This document shows, one piece after another, positions 54,855-60,424 of a stretch of 60,424 nucleotides of DNA. The position numbers and the translations under genes were made by a program. Numbering within the stretch: position 1 is the stretch's first letter; each line of letters starts with the position of its first letter. Source of the stretch: an uncultured Methanosarcinales archaeon (GTDB lineage Archaea; Nanobdellota; Nanobdellia; Woesearchaeales; DATGWN01). Under the pieces are notes generated by a model. The model saw only the letters and a program-made list of their open reading frames with translations, did no database searches and was not told the origin of the DNA. The DNA lies in NCBI GenBank assembly GCA_964557345.1, contig CAZKZU010000002.1:1-60424 (forward strand), written 5' to 3'.

Positions 54855-57155
54855 ATGGCTGACGAAGAAAAACAAAGTTATGCAGAAATGCAGAAAAAGA
54901 AAGTAGCTGGTGAGTGGGATAAGCTATGGAAAGAGTTAGATAGCACTCAGCCTATTCCTACATTTCATGATTATCATAAACAAGATGGTAGTTATACTAA
55001 AGAAGGCGAAGAAGCCGAAAAGAAATTTGTTACTAAAAATATAAAATCTAGTGATTTTGGTATTGGCGCAGCAATGATGGGAAAGTATGCCGACCCATTG
55101 CAAGGACTTCAAGCCGAAATTAGAGGCGGTGCGAGTCATATTGAATTTTCTCCGAGTATCAATCAAGGTCAAGGATTCCATAGTTTTACAAAGATAAGTG
55201 CAGAAAAAAGAGAGGCACTAAAAGAACTTCGAAAAGTAAACAAGGTTACTATGACAACTCACGCTCATGCAGGAGTTACTGGTCTTACTGGTTTTGATGA
55301 AAGAAGTTATAGTTTTAATGATCAATCAAGACAACATTCTATAGATGAAATAAAAAAGGCAATTGATTTTGCTGCTGATGTTGCTGAAGGTGGAGCAATT
55401 ACTTTCCACGCAGGAGATTTCGCAAGACCAATGGCTGGGCAAAAAATGGGTAATAACGGAGAGGAGTTTATGACTTCTGCTGATGAAAAAGATAATATTG
55501 TTCTCGCAGTAATTGATAAAGAAACAAAATCGAGAGCTGAGGCTGGGACATTTAGGACGGGACAGAAGTTTATGACCCCTATATTAGATAAAAACACTAA
55601 AAATTGGAAAACTCCTTATGGTTTTGATAAGGATTTTAAATTACCACAAGTTGAAAGAATAGATGGTTCTATTAAAACAAAAGAATTTGATACTTTTCAG
55701 GAATATGCAGGTTGGCTTATAAAAAATGACGCTGATTTTAGAGAAGATGTTGTAAAATCAGGTAAGGATCCCGAGGAATTATTAAAAGTAGTAAAAGATG
55801 CTAAAAACAATGATAAATTAGATGCATCTAAGGAAAAAGTCTACGAAGTAAATGATTACTATATATTAGAAAAAGCCGCAGCAAGACAATTTAAAGATAA
55901 AATGCTTTTAAAATTATCGCAAAATGCGAATGATATTACTCGAAGTATGAACACTCAAGAATCAGAAATAACTGAAGTTGAGAAGGCACTTAAAGTAGCT
56001 AAGGACGAATCTAAGGAGAAGGGTATAAAATTATATATCCCTAAGGCGCATCGTGCAAGGCAGAGAGGGGATATGGTAACCGAGCAAGAAAAAAACACTT
56101 TGATGCAAAGAGAACGTTTGTCTGATGATGATTTTATTGTTGTAGAGAACGGTGTTGTTTATGGAGGAGGAAAAGATAAAGAAGATACTTTTATTCAAAC
56201 TTTTTATGCCGGAGTTTTTGATGTTAATCATATACAAGACAGAATTGGTGAAATAGATACTATCAAAGAAAGTCAGAAGTCTGCCATAAAACAAGAATAT
56301 AACAAGTTAATTAATGATTCTAAATACACTACTGTTTCTGAATTTGCAAAAGAGCAAAATGAAAAAAGTTTCGGGCAATTAGGAATTGAACTTTATGAGA
56401 AGAATAAAATTCTTCAAAAAAGACAAGAAGCTAAGGGTGAGAAAGTCGATCAATTATATTTTGCAGTTGAAAATTTATTTCCTGATAAGTTTGGATCTAC
56501 TCCTGCAGAACTTCTTCAAGTTATTGACCAGGCAAGGGGCGCTATGGCTAAGGAGTTAGAAGTTAAGTATAGTAAAAGTAAGTCTGAAGCAAAAAAAATT
56601 GCTGAAGATAGTATTAAAGCCACTTTTGATACAGGTCATTTTAATATGTGGAGAAAGAATTTTAAACGACAAGATGGTGAAGACGACGCTTCTTTTGATA
56701 AGAGATTTAAGAATTGGTCTTTAACTGAAACTGAAAAATTAATTAAGGCTAAAGTTATTGGAAATATTCATTTAGCAGATAATACAGGATATGATGATGA
56801 TCATGTGACTGTTGGGCAAGGTAATGTTCCAGTAAAAGAATTAATGAAAATGCTTGATGAAGCCAGAGGACGAGGAGATGTTGTAGGAAAAATTTCTGTT
56901 GAAGGATTTGATGATTCTGGAGAAAGACACGGTGTTCATGAAGCATGGAAAGCTAGTGGAGCTAGTATTTTTAGAGCTCAACAAGCAACTGATGCATGGA
57001 CAAATCCTGGTTCTAGTGGCGGTTCTGGTGGCGGATACTTTTCTAAGTCTGAAAATTATTCTACTGGGTTTTATACTAAACCTAGTTTTATGTTCGGGAA
57101 GTATGTTCCTGATAGAGAAGAATGGGCTCCTTGGAGTGATACGACGTTAGAATAG
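54855..57155 (+). CDS. Xylose-isomerase-like (AP endonuclease 2 superfamily) TIM-barrel protein with a large internal insertion
   Basis: Barrel motifs are split between the two ends: GASHIEFSP, TTHAHAG and ITFHAGDF (residues about 90-190), then YFAVENLFP, FDTGHFNMW, IHLADNTGYDDDHVTVGQGNVPVKELMKML and ISVEGFD (about 535-680). The roughly 340 aa in between are charged and helical. Confidence 0.6.
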   Translation: MADEEKQSYAEMQKKKVAGEWDKLWKELDSTQPIPTFHDYHKQDGSYTKEGEEAEKKFVTKNIKSSDFGIGAAMMGKYADPLQGLQAEIRGGASHIEFSPSINQGQGFHSFTKISAEKREALKELRKVNKVTMTTHAHAGVTGLTGFDERSYSFNDQSRQHSIDEIKKAIDFAADVAEGGAITFHAGDFARPMAGQKMGNNGEEFMTSADEKDNIVLAVIDKETKSRAEAGTFRTGQKFMTPILDKNTKNWKTPYGFDKDFKLPQVERIDGSIKTKEFDTFQEYAGWLIKNDADFREDVVKSGKDPEELLKVVKDAKNNDKLDASKEKVYEVNDYYILEKAAARQFKDKMLLKLSQNANDITRSMNTQESEITEVEKALKVAKDESKEKGIKLYIPKAHRARQRGDMVTEQEKNTLMQRERLSDDDFIVVENGVVYGGGKDKEDTFIQTFYAGVFDVNHIQDRIGEIDTIKESQKSAIKQEYNKLINDSKYTTVSEFAKEQNEKSFGQLGIELYEKNKILQKRQEAKGEKVDQLYFAVENLFPDKFGSTPAELLQVIDQARGAMAKELEVKYSKSKSEAKKIAEDSIKATFDTGHFNMWRKNFKRQDGEDDASFDKRFKNWSLTETEKLIKAKVIGNIHLADNTGYDDDHVTVGQGNVPVKELMKMLDEARGRGDVVGKISVEGFDDSGERHGVHEAWKASGASIFRAQQATDAWTNPGSSGGSGGGYFSKSENYSTGFYTKPSFMFGKYVPDREEWAPWSDTTLE

Positions 57156-57180
57156 GAATGCTTTTTCTTGTTTATATATT

Positions 57181-58080
57181 TTAGTTTAAAAGTTTTATTA
57201 TATCATTCAAGTATACTAATACGGCACCGATAACTATTATTATTATTGATATAAATTTTCTTAAGAAGTTTTTGTCTTTAATCATATTTCCTACCATTTT
57301 GTTTGCTACGTATTCAAAAAATAAAACTGTTATGGGTTGTAGTGCGGCAATTGCAGTTACTAATGTAGCAGATATTCCCGACATTGCAACATATATTGTC
57401 AATAATCCTATAAAGGTAAATGATTCTGATAAAAGCGCCCATTTAAAATTCTTAAGTTCTTTTGGAAAATCTTTTCTGGTTTTTTTGTGAAATAATATGC
57501 AAAGGACTGTTGCACCCATGACTACAAGGTTAATTGCAAAACCGTTTAATTCAGGTATATTGTTAGTTGAGACTTTCATTAAAAATTCTGCTGTTGCTAC
57601 GCATATAATCAAGGGTATTATGAGATAAAATCCTTTCAACATACCTATTTTTTTAATGTGTAATGATAACAGCAATGACCCAAGAATAATTAAGAATATT
57701 CCGATGTATCCTTGGAGTGAAACAATTTCGTTTAAGAAAAGGAAAGATAAAAGTATGAGTATGATTGGGTATGAGTACATAAGTCCTATCGTGTGAGATG
57801 TATCCTTTTTGCTTAATATATAATAATAGAAAAAGAATTGTGAACCATATAGTATCCCCGCGATTATTGAAGACGTAGATGATGAAAAGTCTATGTTTTT
57901 CCAATCAATAAATGCTGCGAATATTAGTCCGAAAATGATATTTACTATTGCAACCACTGCTGTAAAACTAAGCGTATTTTTTACTTTTTTCGATACAATA
58001 AATTTATCTATAACATTCATCAAACCCCAGATGAAAGGTGATGCTATTGCCGCAATTAATGCTATTAGTAATGTTGCCAT
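57181..58080 (-). CDS. EamA/DMT-family transporter
   Basis: 299 aa with ten hydrophobic helices as two EamA-like halves. Confidence 0.8.
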   Translation of the reverse strand: MATLLIALIAAIASPFIWGLMNVIDKFIVSKKVKNTLSFTAVVAIVNIIFGLIFAAFIDWKNIDFSSSTSSIIAGILYGSQFFFYYYILSKKDTSHTIGLMYSYPIILILLSFLFLNEIVSLQGYIGIFLIILGSLLLSLHIKKIGMLKGFYLIIPLIICVATAEFLMKVSTNNIPELNGFAINLVVMGATVLCILFHKKTRKDFPKELKNFKWALLSESFTFIGLLTIYVAMSGISATLVTAIAALQPITVLFFEYVANKMVGNMIKDKNFLRKFISIIIIVIGAVLVYLNDIIKLLN

Positions 58081-58203
58081 GTTTTGTTTGATTTTGTGTT
58101 TTTTGTATTAATACTAAATAATAACTTATATATATATCTTGGTGATTGTATATTGTATTTTAATATAGTGTATTAAGTATTTAAATTGATTTGGTGGATA
58201 TTA

Positions 58204-59121
58204 ATGGAAATTTACGGGAAAAGCATTTCAAAGGAAAAGGAAGATTTCATTATTCACGAAGTTCAGGATAAGAAAGAGCTTCGAAATTTTAGTGAGAGCT
58301 ATATTTTAAGTTATGCTGAGCATTTGTTAAAGAAGGATAAAAAATTACTTGAGATGATTTCTTCCAAAGATAAACTTTCTAGTAAGTCTGTTGAAAAGCT
58401 TGTGAAATTGATTCGAGATAGAGCTAGACGTATTTATGGGGTTTATATTCCTGGAGATTATGTTAAATTTGATAAACTTTTGTCTGAATGTAAATTTAAG
58501 ACTGGAATAAAAATAAATAATTTATACAATATTGATCTAGTAAAGCCTTTAATTGAGTTGCATGTTTCTTCTGAAGAGAGAAAAGATTCCTATTTGCAAA
58601 TTTATAAAAAGATTGTTGAAGTTACCGGAACTCCTACGTCGGTTCTTGATTTAGCATGCGGATTAAATCCAATTGGAATATATTATTTGGCTTCTGTTTG
58701 CGGAGTTGATGCTGAGAAAATTAATTATTTTGCTTCTGATTTTGGGGAAAAAGATTGTTTGTTGTTGCAAAGTTTTTTTGATAAAGCAAAGTTGCACGGA
58801 AAGGCATTTAGACTCGATTTATCCGACGAGAAAGAACACGTTAAACTTCACGATTTTTGTAATAGTCACAAGGTTGATTGGTGTTTGATGTTTAAGGCAC
58901 TTGATCCTGTAGAGGAAACTAATGAGGATGTTACATATAAGTTACTTCCTTCAATTAAAGCAAAGTGGATAGTTGTAAGTTTTCCAACTATTACTATTGC
59001 GCGAAATGATATGAATAATCCTAGAAGAAATTGGTTTGAGAAAGTGCTTAATCGACTTGATTACAATTTTCAATATTTTGAGTTGAATAAGGAATTGTTT
59101 TATGTGATAAGCAAGAAGTAA
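58204..59121 (+). CDS. ArmA/Rmt (FmrO) family 16S rRNA (guanine-N7)-methyltransferase homologue
   Basis: Colinear with ArmA/RmtB as I recall them: LHVSSEERK (LHASTKERL), VLDLACGLNPIGI (VLDIACGLNPLAL), LMFKALDPVEE (IFKLLPLLE), VVSFPTITIARNDMNNPRRNWFE (AVSFPTRSLGGRGKGME.NY..WFE), KELFYVISK (TELIYLIKK). The ATG at 58204 is preferred over the TTG at 58186, with a TATA-like tatttaaatt at 58178-58187. Confidence 0.72.
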   Translation: MEIYGKSISKEKEDFIIHEVQDKKELRNFSESYILSYAEHLLKKDKKLLEMISSKDKLSSKSVEKLVKLIRDRARRIYGVYIPGDYVKFDKLLSECKFKTGIKINNLYNIDLVKPLIELHVSSEERKDSYLQIYKKIVEVTGTPTSVLDLACGLNPIGIYYLASVCGVDAEKINYFASDFGEKDCLLLQSFFDKAKLHGKAFRLDLSDEKEHVKLHDFCNSHKVDWCLMFKALDPVEETNEDVTYKLLPSIKAKWIVVSFPTITIARNDMNNPRRNWFEKVLNRLDYNFQYFELNKELFYVISKK

Positions 59122-59267
59122 TATCTGTGTTTTCTAACTGATTTTGAAGCAAAATATATCGCGTATATTCCAATATATAGAAATAATTAAAAATACGAGT
59201 ATAATATTCATTTTTATAGTAGTGATTTGCATACTATTTAGTATATGAAATTTATTAGGAGGACAAC

Positions 59268-60392
59268 ATGTTTGAAGATAAAAGAGTATTAGTTCGAGTG
59301 GAATACAATGTTCCATTGAATAAAGAAGGTGATATTACTGATAATTTTAGAATTAAGGGAAGTATTCCTACATTACAAAAAATTCTTTCTGAAAATCCAA
59401 AGCAATTAGTTTTGATGTTTCATTTAGGTAGGCCTAAGAATAAGGAAACTATTTTCAAAACTGATAAGGTTGCAAAAGAATTAAGTAAACTACTTGGCGA
59501 AGATGTGGTTAAAGTTGATCATTGTGGAGAGGGCATAATGCCGTCTAGTAGAATTGTGATGCTTGAAAATCTTAGATTTTATGAAGGAGAACAAGCAGGC
59601 GATATGACTTTTGCTAAGCAACTTGCTAAATTAGGAGATGTTTATGTAAATGAAAGTTTTGGAACTTGTCATCGAGAAGATGCAAGTATGTATGCTGTTC
59701 CTAGTTTATTTTCTCAAAATAACAGAATCGGCGGATATCTATTGAAAAACGAAGTTGAAAGATTAACTGAAGTTGCGAATGCAAAAAGTTTGACTACAAT
59801 CGTAGGATTTGCAAAAATTACTGATAAGCTTAAAATTATGGAAAAACTATTACAGAAATGTGATAAGATGTTAGTTGGTGGAGCAGTTGCATTTAGTTTT
59901 CTTAAAGCACAAGGTTATGAAGTTGGAAAAAGTCTGTGTGTTGACCCAGAAGTAGCTGGTAAATTGTATAATGACAATCCGGGAAAAATAATTTTACCTC
60001 TTGATTTCGTTGGAAAAGAAGGCGAGAAAATTGTTAGTTATGATTTAGGAAAAATGAGTCCTGAATTTGCAGGTCTTGATATTGGCCCAAAAACTGTTGC
60101 TAAGTTTGAGAAAGAATTGGAAACATCAAAATTAGTTTTCTGGAATGGACCAACTGGAATGTTTGAAGTTGTACCCTTTGACAAATCAACAAATGATTTA
60201 TCTGCATATTTAGCTAAACATAAAGATAAAGTAAGACTAGTTGTTGGTGGCGGAGATACAGCATTAGCTATTGCAAAAAGCGGATTTGCGGATCAATTCT
60301 ATCATATATCAAGTGGTGGTGGAGCCTCTCTAGAACTAATTGAGAATGGAACACTTCCTGCTCTAAAATATATAGAGCATTATATGGAATAG
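59268..60392 (+). CDS. pgk: Phosphoglycerate kinase
   Basis: VRVEYNVPL, the NESFGTCHR region, GGGDTA and SSGGGASLE motifs. AGGAGG Shine-Dalgarno-like sequence upstream. Confidence 0.93.
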   Translation: MFEDKRVLVRVEYNVPLNKEGDITDNFRIKGSIPTLQKILSENPKQLVLMFHLGRPKNKETIFKTDKVAKELSKLLGEDVVKVDHCGEGIMPSSRIVMLENLRFYEGEQAGDMTFAKQLAKLGDVYVNESFGTCHREDASMYAVPSLFSQNNRIGGYLLKNEVERLTEVANAKSLTTIVGFAKITDKLKIMEKLLQKCDKMLVGGAVAFSFLKAQGYEVGKSLCVDPEVAGKLYNDNPGKIILPLDFVGKEGEKIVSYDLGKMSPEFAGLDIGPKTVAKFEKELETSKLVFWNGPTGMFEVVPFDKSTNDLSAYLAKHKDKVRLVVGGGDTALAIAKSGFADQFYHISSGGGASLELIENGTLPALKYIEHYME

Positions 60393-60424
60393 AGTTCGGT
60401 AGATTAATTTTTATTTTTTTGATT

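Noticed and set aside
1-60424. Search for CRISPR arrays, tRNA/rRNA genes, transposases, integrases or prophage modules
   Set aside because: By eye I found no direct-repeat/spacer periodicity, no T-loop (GTTCRAATC) or cloverleaf candidates, no rRNA-like conserved blocks, and no DDE/tyrosine/serine recombinase motifs in any ORF. I could not run tRNAscan/Infernal, so intron-containing or atypical tRNAs cannot be fully excluded.

Overview
Strongly AT-rich archaeal chromosome segment. The informational genes are unambiguously archaeal (aCPSF1, proteasome beta, MCM, Orc1/Cdc6, PolD DP1/DP2, aIF2-beta, SMC/ScpA, ATP-dependent ligase). The composition, small gene set and giant surface protein suggest a DPANN-like lineage, but that is inference only. 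About 45 protein genes are supported. I found no rRNA, canonical tRNA, CRISPR array, transposase or integrase. Main structures: (1) a replication island, mcm - RPA-like - trmB - oriC - orc1/cdc6 - polD small - polD large. The origin is readable directly: two inverted ORB boxes flank a ~370 bp nearly pure A/T region. A third ORB sits just upstream of the mcm promoter. (2) A cell-surface locus with a 915-aa anchored protein, a 3024-aa giant Cys-rich protein and an abutting pilin-like gene. (3) A family of visibly GC-enriched intergenic elements closed by 14-15 bp stems with conserved termini and compensatory substitutions, which could be an undescribed structured RNA or a MITE-like repeat. A further unrelated GC-rich island lies upstream of the giant gene. 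(4) Unusual gene content for an archaeon: an HD-GYP domain fused to a CitG-like domain and abutting a B12-type radical SAM gene, an ArmA/Rmt-family 16S rRNA methyltransferase homologue, a bacterial-type lgt, and a same-strand cluster at 51-57 kb (orphan 539-aa protein, NTase with helical C-terminal domain, charged coiled-coil protein, xylose-isomerase-like TIM barrel with a large insertion). All product calls come from motifs read by eye in the supplied translations. No database search was run.
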